From NCBI RefSeq assembly GCF_006345805.1, contig NC_043020.1:29884001-29948000 (forward strand): DNA of 64,000 nucleotides, in the 5' to 3' direction. Positions 36,216 to 48,894 of this stretch are shown one piece after another. Within the stretch, counting starts at the first letter, position 1. The number at the start of each line of letters is the position of its first letter. The position numbers were made by a program, and so were the translations under genes. Origin of the DNA: Octopus sinensis. Its lineage: Eukaryota. Below the pieces are notes generated by a model that was not told the origin of the DNA, did not search any database, and worked only from the letters and a program-made list of their open reading frames with translations.

Positions 36216-36759
36216 TTAAAGAAGACATTTTCCAAAGGACCGCGTAATTGGGTCAAACTCCAAACCAACGAATTACCAGGCGAAATTTCTTGACCACACA
36301 GCCATCCACACCGGCGCTTGGTTAAAAAAAGAAACCATTACTGCCAAGTACTGATATATTGATATTCACAAGCAGCGCAGATAGATTTTAAAATCTCTCT
36401 AGAAATTAGCAAATTCATATTCGTTTGGGAACATCGTTTGGAGATTAAAGAACGTTAACATTAAGACATTGAAATGTCAGGAAATGTCACGAAGGTTGTT
36501 CAGTTAATAATAACAAATATGTCGTCGATACTGTTTCAAATACATCAATACTTATTCCGTTACGACGACATTTTCGATATTTATAGGCTTTGAATGTTTG
36601 TCAATTTCTTCTGGCATCGCATATTGACTTCTTACAAATGTTAAGGAATTGATGATGATGATGGTCAGGCTGAAAGGGAACGTCAATGAAAAACATGAAA
36701 ATAAATAAATAGAATTAAAATATGAAATAAATAAAAAATATCTATCTGACTTTCTGTCT

Positions 36760-37077
<318 letters not shown>

Positions 37078-39783
37078 GATTGATAAATGAAAATCAGATG
37101 ACATCGAAGAAATTCAAATTGAATACGAAACTAATATCAAGTTGAATTCAGAATCTAACGGATGTATCAGCTCTGCTTGATCCAACGTGATATCTCCAAC
37201 TTCTGGGGGTCCTCATTGTCTCTGTGACCCCGGTGACCCCGTCCCTAACTCCACCTTAGGTTTTAACCTGCACAATTCCCTTATAAACAGTTTAAAAAGT
37301 TTTTTCTTATCAATTTTTTAAAATTATCTTTTACTTGTGTCATTCATTGTGCTGCGGCCATCCTAAGGCAGCATCTTGAAGGGTTTTGTCGAACAGATCG
37401 ATCTAAGTAATTATCTTTAAAGTCTGGCACGATTTCTGCCACGTCCAGACACATACTACGGGCTTCCACACAGCTTCCGTCCAACAAATTCACTCGCATG
37501 GTTGCAAAGCGGAATTCTTAACCACACAGCAATGCCTTTAAAATCTAGCGACACTCTTGGTCATCTGTGATCGTGTAGATCGAAAGCATTCTAGCCATAA
37601 CTCTGCCGTCTTTCTACGTTGTCTAATGTGTCCTGCCAGCATTAAAGACTGATGTTGAGTTGAGAGAGAGATCTGGTTACTATCTCTAGCATATAGATGC
37701 TCCAGGGATGGCCCATTGCAAGGGAGACAAATGTTAGAGTCTTCTCCCTTGCAACTGTTTCATAATTAAGATATTACAAAAGGAACCGTAAAATTATTTG
37801 GAATTCTTTTGTAATATTTACAATAATAGGAATAGATGATGTTGACGTCTCGTTTTAGAACGGTGACTCATGAAGCAGATAAAACTCTTCGACTTTTGCA
37901 ATCCAAAGAGCTTTTAAACCCAATATTTACACATTCTTAATTATAGCTTTATCTGCTACAAGCTTCATCGTTCCCCCAAATAAGTTCATGTATTTTCCCT
38001 GTATTTCATGTTTTATTTGAAGATAAACACATTTCAGTCTTCACAGCTGAAGTATATCTTTATCGAACACCAAACTGGTCGAATCTCAAGTTATAAATCG
38101 AGGAATCGATCCACTGAAGTAGGATTTCAAAGTTTTAAACAAAAATAGAAATGCTGAACCTTTTCTCAAGTTCAAAATAGAGAATAACTTTTTCTAAAAT
38201 AAAACAGAAAATGAGTTAAACATTCTGAGTAGAACTGAAATTGGTTTTAATCTCCAAAGTAAACAAAACGTTTAAAAGCTGTTCTGTATTTTTAGCAGAC
38301 ACAAAACATGAGACGAGAAGAACAGGTCAAGAAACAGAAGGAGAACGTCTCCATTCAGTCGTAGGACATTTCGAAAATGAAGGGCGAAATCTAATCTCAT
38401 TTTACACAAACTGGTAGTGATGGTGGTGGAGGTGATGGTTAGAAGTAGGGGAGGCTGTTGTTGTTGTTGTTGTGGTGGTTGTTGTTGTGGTGCGGTGCAA
38501 GTGTTGCTGTTGGTAGTAGTGGTGATGGTGTAAGGTGGTAGTAGTGGGGGGGGGTTGGAGCTAGTGTCAGTGGTAGCTGAGGTGGTTGGGTGGTGATTGT
38601 GTGGGATGTAGTGGTTGTGTGGTTGTGGTGATGGCGGCAGACAATCTTTTCGATGGAAAGAAAGAAGTACTCTCTCTCACTCTCTCTCTTTCCCCCTCCT
38701 TCCCCCCTCCCCTATCTTTCTCTCCCTCTCTCTCCCCTCTCCCCCTCTCCCTCTCTTTCTCTCTCGCTCCCCCCCTCTCTCGTTTATTTCCCAAATTACT
38801 GATATTGTCGCATGAAATCGTCACCGTTTTTCGTTGGCTGCGAATTTGGATCCAGAATGCACAAAACGAGAACGGATCCATCAAAGAATGCTTCAGTGGA
38901 ATAGTTTCACCAATTCCCAGCCTTGCATTGGTACTTTGCTTTTAATGCGCCTTGTATAAAACAAAGTCGAGATCGATGAGATCCGAACGCAGAGCGCAGA
39001 GGTTCGCAAAAATACTCCAAGGCACAGCACATAACACTGCAATAACTCAGTCAATTCGCCTCATGGCTACTGTCTTCAAAAATAAAAGTCACATTGAGAA
39101 AAAGTCGGGTGGATCACAGCCAGAATCCTATTTGCTGTTGGTTTGTCCGATTACTTGGGGCTAAAAATATGTTTTTGTATACTAGTCTCGTTTCGATTGC
39201 AAAAGTACCTTCGCAAAACTTATGCAGCTTGTGACAAAAATCTTAGAAAAACAAAACTGTTAAAACGGATAAATTCTGATTCATTTTAAATTCATCAAAT
39301 AAATTTTTTTTTAAATATGAAAAAAAGTAAAAATTAGGAATAATTCAAGGGAAATAACTCGAAATATTCGTTCAAATATTATTGGAAAGTTTTAGTGTAA
39401 GGGAGGTAACTGATGAATGCCTCATGGTCGTTTAAATTTTGCTTTCCTTCAGAGTAAAATTTCGGATATATTTTTCATGATTGTATATATTTGAATATAT
39501 ATATTCATGCATATACATACATACATGAATACGCAAACACAAGCACAGATAAAACACACACACACGCGTACGCACGCACACACGTATGCATATTTTATAC
39601 ACATTGACCGTTGTTGGCATATCAGATATTTCCCCCTAAATTTCTCGAAAATTACTCCGGGTCCCAGATTAAATACGTCAAGAACCATTTTCGTGAATGT
39701 GCGCCGCTGAACTTGGAATGTCTCGAATTTTAATGCCATCAAATACACACATTCTCACTCTATCTCTCACTCTACTCACTCAC

Positions 39784-39819
<36 letters not shown>

Positions 39820-40274
39820 TCTCTTACTCTCACTCTATCTCTCACTCACTCACTCTCTCTCTCGCTCCTTCTCTATCTATCTCTCTCCCAGTATATACAT
39901 GACGTGTGTGGTGGGTGTAAAATGCACACACACACACAGACACGTTTGCCATTCCTTTATTCTTTGCTCGTCCTGTTGTCACAAACGTTTTCTTCTGTTT
40001 CCAGTCTTTCGGCAACACGTGACGTCACACAAACTGATGCAACCAGCGATGCTACGGATGGACGGACGGATCAGAAACTTTCGATTCAGCGTTTTCGTTC
40101 AGGCAACCAATTTTTGATTGCCTCAACGAACGACGAACAACGAAAACCGCGAATGGAAGAATCCAGAATTGAAGGGAAAAAAAACATGAATGTATGCGTT
40201 GAAATTATTTTTGTTTAGCGTCAGACGTTCCATCAGTGACCGTCTCGTCTTTGATTCCTGATTATATTATTCAA

Positions 40275-40307
40275 TAGAGGAGAAAAGGAGGAGGAGATGA
40301 AGAAGAA

Positions 40308-40342
<35 letters not shown>

Positions 40343-40770
40343 AGAAGGAGAAGAAAAAGGTGGAGAAGAAGAAGGAGAGGAGGAAGAAGAAGAAGAAGAG
40401 GAAGGAGAGGAAGAAGGAGAAGGAGAAGAAGAAGAAGAAGAAGGAGAAGAAGAAGAAGAAGGAGAGGAAGAAGAAGAAGGAGAGGAAGAAGAAGAAGAAG
40501 AAGAAAGAAGAAGAAGGAGATAAGAAGAAGAATAGAAGGAAAGAAGAAGAAGAAGCGAAGAAGAAGAATAAGAGACGAAGAAAGAAGAAGAAGAAAAGAC
40601 AAGAAGAAGAAGAAGATGGAAGAAGGAGAAGGAAGAAGAGAAGGAGAGGAAGAAGGAGAAGGAGAAGGAGAAGAAAAGAAGCAGAAAGAAGAAGGAGAAA
40701 GAAAAGAAGAAAAGAAGAAGAAGAAGAAGAGAAGAAGAATTAAAAAAGAAAAGACAGAAGAAGACGAAGT
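40275..40770. repeat. About 500-bp polypurine (GAA/GGA)n tract
   Basis: Almost only A and G on + strand. Confidence 0.95.
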
Positions 40771-42263
40771 GTGGCGTTTCCTTTATGTGTGGTATTGTGA
40801 ATGTTGTGAGTTTCGTCTTGCGTTGAGTGACTTGTGTTGTGTGTCGTGTTTGATTTTGTGTGGTGTTCCGTGTGTGGTGTTGTATTGTGCTGTGCTAAAT
40901 ATGTGCTGCGTGTTGCGTTGTGTAATATGTAATGGATGTAATTACAACTTGTGGAGCAGCGATAACGAATTCTCTGTTCTACAAACTCCGTCTGCAGAGA
41001 GTAAACAAAATGGATACAAAAAAAAAGCACCAAAAAGGAACCGTCAAGGTAATCGATGGCTGTCCGGCAGGTTTATGGTTGAGCCGTCACCAGTTGAAAC
41101 CTCTGGCGTTCTTGGCCCCCGGGCCATATCCCTGCTCACTGCTATCGAGGCGGAGATTGATGTCCGCCAGGGTAGGCCTTATGGGTCAGAGTGGCCGTTC
41201 CAATGTTCCAGTCAGAGTGGCCATCCTCCTGGGCAATGCTTTTCCCATTTTGTCGGCTGGGGCCATGGCTCTCGGCAAATACGATCTCCGTGGGTCAGAG
41301 GGACTGTTCCCGCGCTTCTCCCTCGCTATCCCCCGGGCGCGACTCCTTTTCCGTTTTGTCTGCTGGTGCCATGAGAAATGTTTCTATATTGCAAGGAAGG
41401 AACACAGGATTACGAAATAATATGTAAATGTATGTAACTTGCAAGTAATACAATGGGCAGAGTCGTAAAACGGAACCGGTTGGGGTGGGGTTCCTCAAAC
41501 ATGGTCTTTGTATTATAAGCAGCTGAGGCATGTGGCGGATTTTCAATCAGCCGTGTGGCCATTTACAACACCAGAAGCAGCGCTGGATTAACCATTAAGC
41601 ACGTCCTTAGGACATTACGGGAAGTGGGGGACACCAAAGAAATGGGAAATGGTTTACGGCACAAAAGAAAATCACTTTAAACTTACTACAATAATATTCC
41701 AAGTGGGTTTATATAATCGAGAATATAATGTCCAAGTGTTCATAGTGTCACAGTGAGGATTTGATCAAAGACTTTGCATTAAAAAAAAGGAGAAACTTTT
41801 TAAATGTGGAAGTAAACAAAAATAAACATTATTTGCCATCTTAATTTAGTTTCGTTTCCTTTTGGAAAAACAAAGATATTTTATGGTTTATTATTGTTTA
41901 TATTTTGAATTACAAATATACGGGGACACCAAAATCTTAAGTGCTTAAAGCCTCTATGGGTCTTAATCCTGCCCCAGTCAGATGTGACCAATTCTTTTTT
42001 GAGTATGTGGTTGGCTGTGAGTAAGCGCCATTGCAAAGGCACCAAAAGGCCGAAATGCATCTGGTGTTTTCGCTGACCTTGCGACCTTGCTGGCAGGAAT
42101 TTCCGACTCCCTCTGATACCAATTGTGTTCTGAATACAGAATATCCATAAGAGATGTTATCTCAGGACTAATACTACAGTCACTGGCCTATCGACAGTGT
42201 ATATACATTATGTATGACACATAGATAGCTACTTTAATTTGATACTGCCTCAATTGCGTATAC

Positions 42264-42303
<40 letters not shown>

Positions 42304-42321
42304 CATACATACATACATACA

Positions 42322-42355
<34 letters not shown>

Positions 42356-42521
42356 CATACTTCAAGAATTTTAGTCGAACGAATCGATTCTAGTACTTAT
42401 TGTTTTCAAGCTTGGTATTAATTCTATCGGTCTCTTTTGCCAAACCGCTAAGTTTCGGGGACGTAAACACACCGATACCTGTTATCAAGCGATGGTGGGG
42501 GACAAACACAGACACAGTCAC

Positions 42522-42562
<41 letters not shown>

Positions 42563-43150
42563 ACACACACACACACACACACACGCACGCACGCACGCAC
42601 GTACACGCGCGCACGCATGCTCACATGTACATACACCACAGGCTTCTGCACAGTTTCCGCCTTCTAAATTCACTTGCAAGGCATTGGTCAGTCGGAGGCT
42701 ATAACAGAAGACACTTGACCAACATGCCGCGCCGTGGGCCTGAACTCAAAACCACACGGGTTGCAAAGCGAGTATCTTCACCACACATCCACGCCTGCGC
42801 CTCCACCAATCCATCATGTTTTCTCTCACGACATTGAAACCGTTAATCGCTCCTGTAATAATCCGACAATCCAAATGATTAATTGCTGGTGAATGTCATC
42901 AATAAAATGAAGAAAATGGCGGCAACGATGTCTGTCAGCGGAGCGCCTTCATCGATGTGTCTCCATCGTCAATAAAACCATTTAGATACGTTTTATGAGT
43001 TGACAGACGGACGCAGCGAATGGGCCCGGATGGTTTACGGTATCTACTTTAAAGGGTCACATTTCCAAATCCCCTTTTTCGGATTAATCACAAACGTAAC
43101 GACTGCGGCCATTACTCTTTGCATGGCATCCTTGCTTAGTGGGAGAGAGA

Positions 43151-43214
<64 letters not shown>

Positions 43215-43440
43215 AAGAGAGAGAGAGCGGAAAGCTTCTTGGGAAGCAGGGCATCAAATTAGCAAATTAGTCGCAGACACTGGCCTTCGTCTGGACGTTT
43301 GCAATACTGTGCACCTTGGTAAAGGCACACTAGGGCACCGATTAGTGGGGGTTAAATCTACCAGTCACAATAGTTTCAAATTCTAGCACATGGCCAGCAA
43401 TTTGGTGGGCGGCGGGGGGGGGGGCTCGATTTTGCCTTTC

Positions 43441-43660
43441 GTCGAGCTGGCAGAATCGTTAGCACGCCGGGCGAAATGCTTAGAAGCCTTTCGTCTGCCG
43501 CTACGTCCTGAGTTCCTGAGTTCAAATTCCGCCGAGGTCGACTTTGCCTTTCATCCTGTCGGGGTCGATAAACTAAGTACCAGTTACGCACTGGGGTTGA
43601 TGTAACCGACTGTCCCCCTCCCCAAATTTCAGGCCTTGTGCCTATAGTAGAAAGGATTAT
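43441..43660 (+). mobile_element. tRNA-head SINE (same family)
   Basis: gagctggcagaatcgttagcacgccgggcg...gagttcaaattccgccgaggtcgactttgcctttcatcc; further copies on minus strand at about 35935-36105, 45120-45235, 50960-51180 and 51190-51365. Confidence 0.85.
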
Positions 43661-43706
43661 TATTATTATTATTATTATTAGTAGTGTAGTAGTAGTAGTA
43701 GTAGTA

Positions 43707-43747
<41 letters not shown>

Positions 43748-45355
43748 ATGTGGTTCGATAAAGTGATTTGAGTGTCGGACAAAATGCCTCCAGGCTTTTA
43801 GTTACGGCCGTTTAATATCTCAGTTCAAATCCCACTGAAGTCAGCCTTGTCTTTCGTTTTTGTGGAGTCGTCTAAATGGAGTACCAGCCAAGCATCGGGG
43901 CCGATTGGATCGACTAACCCCTGCCGCCAAATTTGTGGCCCTTGTGCCTGTATTAGAATCAATTATTTATTTCTGTTACGTTGCAAAAAAAAAAAAGACT
44001 GAATATTTCTTCGGATTTTCTCCTCTCACATTCCCAGCTGTTCGTTTCCCGTTGGGCTGACGTCTTCAAGGGTGAAATGTCTTTACAGGATAAAAGTGAT
44101 TATTGTGTTTTCCCCCGACCGAAATACGAAGACATTTCCAGTAAGCGGTGTCAGACATCACAACTTGAGATGGTTGAGATATACAAGAACGAACTCGTCG
44201 CTCCCTTCAACAATAAAATCTGGGCAACAGAAGATATTGTTTTTAGATATGGGACAAGAACCTACGGCTCGTATGTCCGTTTATTTAAACATTTGACTGG
44301 CAAATAATGTTTGTTTATTCCCGGCGTTTGTCATTAGTAGCAACAGCTAAAAGCTGTTACGTCGTATATTTATCGCCATTCTAATTAGTCTCCATTTTAG
44401 CTGTACAACACATCGTCTCTTTTTTTATCTTGACTGCATGTAGCTCTTAAAGGCTTGTTATCTAATTTCCTCAACAGCAATCTGGGTGGTCCCAGACTTT
44501 TGAGTTCAATCTTCTATATCTCTTTTCAAGCCTTTTGTGTAAGGATTCACTGAACCAAACGACCCAAGTCGCAAAGAAAAACAAAACGAAATAAAATCAA
44601 ATAAAATGCAATAACAACTCCGTACATTTTTTTTTTATCGAAACTTTTATGGACATTAAAAAAAAAATATAATAAATGGAAGTTTTCTTTCGTTTCTGTT
44701 GATGGATATTTAATGCATTTCACTTGCTTTGACTGTTTTCCTCATTTTCTCGATCCAAATCTTGTTTACTAAAAACACCCTCGAACAGAGTTGAGGTTAT
44801 CTTATTAATAGTTTTGATACGCCTCGTTGGTGGTCATCAGTCCATATTAGATTCATGTAACTCTTTAAAGTGTGTTTTACTTTATGACTGCAAGTATTGT
44901 ATTTCCCGCCGCTCTTTTCAGCTCTTGTGTTCCATGTCAGCCAGTGTAGATCTTGGCGGGGTTTATAGCCTACACTCGAATTTACTCCCGTTCGTCCGTC
45001 CCTTCTTTATTTCTTGTTATAAAATCCATTTCTGCTTTCGGCACAAGGCCTGTAAATTTTGTGGGAGAGAGCCAGACACTTCGATTTCAGTGCTTCACCG
45101 ATACTCAGTCTATGGAGCCTGAACGGTAAAGTTGACCTCGGCGGCGGAATATGAACTCAGAATATAAAGACGGATGACAAGCCGCTAAGCATTTCGTCCG
45201 GCCTGCTAACGATTCTTCCAGCTCTCTGACTTAACAATAATAATAATAATAATAAAATAATAATAATAATAATAATTCTGTTATTTGCCATGACGAGTCA
45301 GTACAAAGACAGTACAAATGTGGGGGTTTGCATATAATGAAATGGGATAATATAT

Positions 45356-45419
<64 letters not shown>

Positions 45420-46052
45420 TGTATGTATGTATGTATAAATGTATAGAAATTATACTCAGTGAGACAGAGAAAGGAAATATACACAGTATACAACAGCAAA
45501 ATAACATGAAATAAAAGGAGGAGGGGGCATGATGACAGTGATGTTGTCCTCCTAACACAGGAGGACCTCTGGGGATAATCGAGGAACCCCTCCGTCCAAG
45601 ATCTCCCCGAATGCCAAGGTCAGCTGTCCTCTCCAATTCCTCTTCTCTCACTCACACGTCTAATATGCTGCCATTTCAGCAACTTTCAGCCACCCATCTT
45701 TTAATAAATTCATTTCAGGAAAGCACCCCCCCCTCCACTTACTGAAACAAGTAAAATATAAAGAGATTCGTGGGTCATTGACAACCTCAGGTGTAATGGC
45801 AGTCTCTCGTAATCCGAGAAAATGATGCTTCTGCAATTTCTTGCTGAATGACCTACACAAATGGTTTGCTTATCGTGATCAAATTGGATGAAGTGTTTTG
45901 TCTCAAGAACACAATGTACTGCCTGGTCCAGGAATCGAACTCTCAATCTGTTGATCGTGAGTGCAACACCCTAACCACTAGGCCACGCACCCTCGTCAAA
46001 CAGTGCAGAAAAAAGAAAAAAAACATAGATCATTACTCATAGTAGTAGTAGT

Positions 46053-46088
<36 letters not shown>

Positions 46089-46734
46089 ACAGTGTTAACA
46101 CTTTGCCTTTCATTCGGCCAACCGGAAGTCGATGGCGAATACCTGATTGCTGTAAATACAGCAATCAGAAGAGCGTTTAATCTGTTTATTCATCGAAGTA
46201 AATCGACGATGTTCTGCTCGAGTGAACACAGCCATCGACCACGGCCACTGAAACGCTCGAGGCATTTCATTATGAGTCTCACCTCATAATCAATTCCGTC
46301 ATGCAACATGGAGGTCGTCTGCAAAATTATGCGCTCATTTCTTTTCTTTCTCTTTCCTTTTTTCTTTTCCTTTTTATCCCCAAAATATTAATATCTTTTT
46401 GCTTTTGTCATTTTGGAAACTTTTTTTTGTCACAGTCGAGTAATTTTAGAGTACATTTTCTTTTCTTTTCCTTTTTAGTTGTGTGTTATTCTTATGCATT
46501 TACTTACGTAGAAAGGTCGACAGACATAATCGCCGTCGCTCCTCCTCGCTTTTCTTCTTTCGTTTTTGATCTTCATTCATCACGAACTTCATTCATGTTA
46601 AAAAGAGAAATTAGTTTATATTCAACTCTTTTTCTCGGAGTTGAATATTAATTACCACCACCACCACCAACACCAACACCACCAACATCCACCACCACCA
46701 CCAACACCTCCACCACCACCACCACCATCATTAT

Positions 46735-46901
46735 TGAAGACATCGCACAGTATCCAATATTGTGATGTAGATGGAAGTTATTGTACGTACCGGGGTTTTG
46801 TGCTGTCAAGTCACAACGAAGACCTCAGAGAGCACTTCACGCAATATGCGTGCAATTCCAAGCGAGGCCGATTTTCGCAATACATTTTTCCATATTTGTC
46901 G
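46735..46901 (-). mobile_element. 3' end of restriction-like-endonuclease (RLE) non-LTR element
   Basis: Minus frame 46901-46806 reads QIWKNVLRKSASLGIARILREVLSEVF*, similar to the QKAALLGTARILR tail of RLE-clade LINEs; followed by a short 3' UTR and a simple-repeat tail. Confidence 0.5.
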
Positions 46902-47159
46902 ACCTTTTTCTTTTTCTTTCGTGATAATATGTTGATCTCCTGACACTACCAGGTTGTGTGGGATTCCTCGGTTGTCCGCGTGAGGAACTACCCCTTTTGG
47001 GGAACTTTTATTGTTTCTTTTGTTAATTGTTTTATTTGTTGCTTATTGTATACACGGATTCCCTATTCCAGAAGAAAAGGGTGTAATAACATTATTTTGA
47101 AGGTCGCACTTCTCTTCTTGAAGGGGGTACGTGTCCCTCAGGCTCCATCCCCTGGGTAA

Positions 47160-47545
47160 GGTTGTAAAACTTTTGAAGAGAATCACCCTAAGCACGAAAG
47201 CCTAAAGCGTTGGTTTCGGAGGGGTTGTCGTCAGAACCTCAATGAGAACGTAAAGTGTTGGAAGTGTGAAACGGGTGGCCGTGTATTCCTTTACAAGGTT
47301 GGGTACGTCAACAATCTGAAGTCCAATGAAAGATCAGCTGAATGCAATGTCCTTCCTCCAAGACCGAGTATTTCGACGTGTGTAGTTTGCGAAAGGGCTT
47401 GGAGGTCGATTTCGTCTCTGAAGGGACTTATGGCAGTTCATAGGGATCCCGGCCAAGCCCGTGGAAGTTTCGTTTGTCACCTGTTGACACACGAGAGAAC
47501 TCAGGAGTCGACAGTCATCTGCGAAGACGGAGCAATCACAATGTG
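47160..47545 (+). mobile_element. 3' remnant of RTE-like LINE ORF with two degenerate C2H2-like zinc fingers
   Basis: ATG-less open frame ...KCWKCETGGRVFLYKVGYVNNLKS...CVVCERAWRSISSLKGLMAVHRD, in frame with ORF-track 47430..47672; resembles the CxxCGRxCxSxxGLxxH tail of RTE elements. Confidence 0.55.
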
Positions 47546-47671
47546 TGTGCGCGCGCGTGTAGTGTACATATCTGCGTATGTACCTCTATTTAATTACAAT
47601 CATATATATATATATATATATATATACCAACACATCACACATGATTGTATTAAAATAGAGGTACATATATA

Positions 47672-47704
<33 letters not shown>

Positions 47705-48531
47705 ATATGCCTTTAAAAACCATGATTCGACTACCTCTCAACTTCTGTTCTTTCAACATGTGATCTCTTGAGCACCACCAGCTCAAATATTTTTCCTCTG
47801 TCTTCCTTCTTGGGATCTTTCCTTCTCCTTGTTTCCGACGAAGAGCTCCGCTCGAAACGTAAACCCTCCTTCTTCCCTTCTTTCCTGAGCGTCAATAATA
47901 CTTTATTGTTCCACGTCCTGCTTGGTGTGTTTTTTTTTTTCTCTTTTTTTCTGTGTTTTCTCGTTTGGATTAACTTATATATATATAATATATATGTAGA
48001 AGTGAGAAGGATGAATAACACGTGTGCGTGTGTGTGTGCTGTTTACTTAGACGCAGCAAATGAATTGAGCTGAAATGCTGGGATTTCATTGGTTAAAATT
48101 CGAAGAATTAAACTACGTTAAACTTACAAATTACAATTTTGTTTTCAATTTTGTTTACAATAATGTTTTCTTTTGACACATTCTACCACCAGTATACGAA
48201 GTTTCAAATTTTTATAGTTAACTAGAAAATTCCGTCCATCAAAAGGAAAAGATCCATAAAATTTAATAAGGGTAGAAATTGATATTAATCAATTAAAACC
48301 AGTGGTTTTAATTGATATATATATATATATATATATTAATAAATATCAAAGTGAGTTATATACAGTAGCGGTAACACATCGTGACGTATTTTTGCCATTT
48401 CAATATGGCTAACCCCTAAGGTGGATGCTACTGTAGTTTTTAGCCCCAGGAGGACACACTCCTCCAGCTGGCCATAGACACACTATCTGTGTCCTGTCAG
48501 TATTTGCAAAGGAAGTCATCCTTCCCGTCTT

Positions 48532-48601
48532 CAACTTATGATACACACGGACTCGAGTTTCGAGGTATTGACCTCTCGTCAGCGTGTGACAATCATAGTT
48601 G
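48532..48601 (-). ncRNA. Type I hammerhead ribozyme, second identical copy on minus strand
   Basis: Exact reverse complement of the 48825-48894 motif (cacacg-g-actcgagt-ttc-gagg-tattga-cctc-tcgtcag-cgtgtg at 48544-48588). Confidence 0.9.
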
Positions 48602-48824
48602 TCGCCGAGAATTAGATTTCCTTCACAAATACTTATACTTTTTCCACGCCCACTGTCGCTGATATTGAAAAGTGAAATCAAACAATGATAAATATCAAAG
48701 TGAGTTATATACAGTAGCGGTAACACATCGTGACGTATTTTTGCCATTTCAATATGGCTAACCCCTAAGGGTGGATGCTACTGTAAAGTATAAGTATTTG
48801 TGAAGGAAATCTAATTCTCGGCGA

Positions 48825-48894
48825 CAACTATGATTGTCACACGCTGACGAGAGGTCAATACCTCGAAACTCGAGTCCGTGTGTATCATAAGTTG
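48825..48894 (+). ncRNA. Type I hammerhead ribozyme (minimal stem III)
   Basis: Stem I CACACG(48838-43)/CGTGTG(48877-82), extended by TATGAT/ATCATA and CAAC/GTTG; core CTGACGA 48844-50; stem II GAGG/CCTC with loop TCAATA; GAAA 48865-68; stem III C-G capped by TCGA; GUC triplet, predicted cleavage after C48876. Confidence 0.9.

Noticed and set aside
38841-38870. IWIQNAQ resembling homeobox helix 3 (IWFQNRR)
   Set aside because: Invariant F and RR are missing and there is no helix 1-2 or splice context.
38905-38965. CCAAT/ATTGG plus TATAAAA promoter-like arrangement
   Set aside because: No initiator at the expected distance and no downstream exon found.
40616-41420. 252-aa and 162-aa ORFs
   Set aside because: They start in low-complexity repeat, have no recognisable domain, and have no supporting splice structure.
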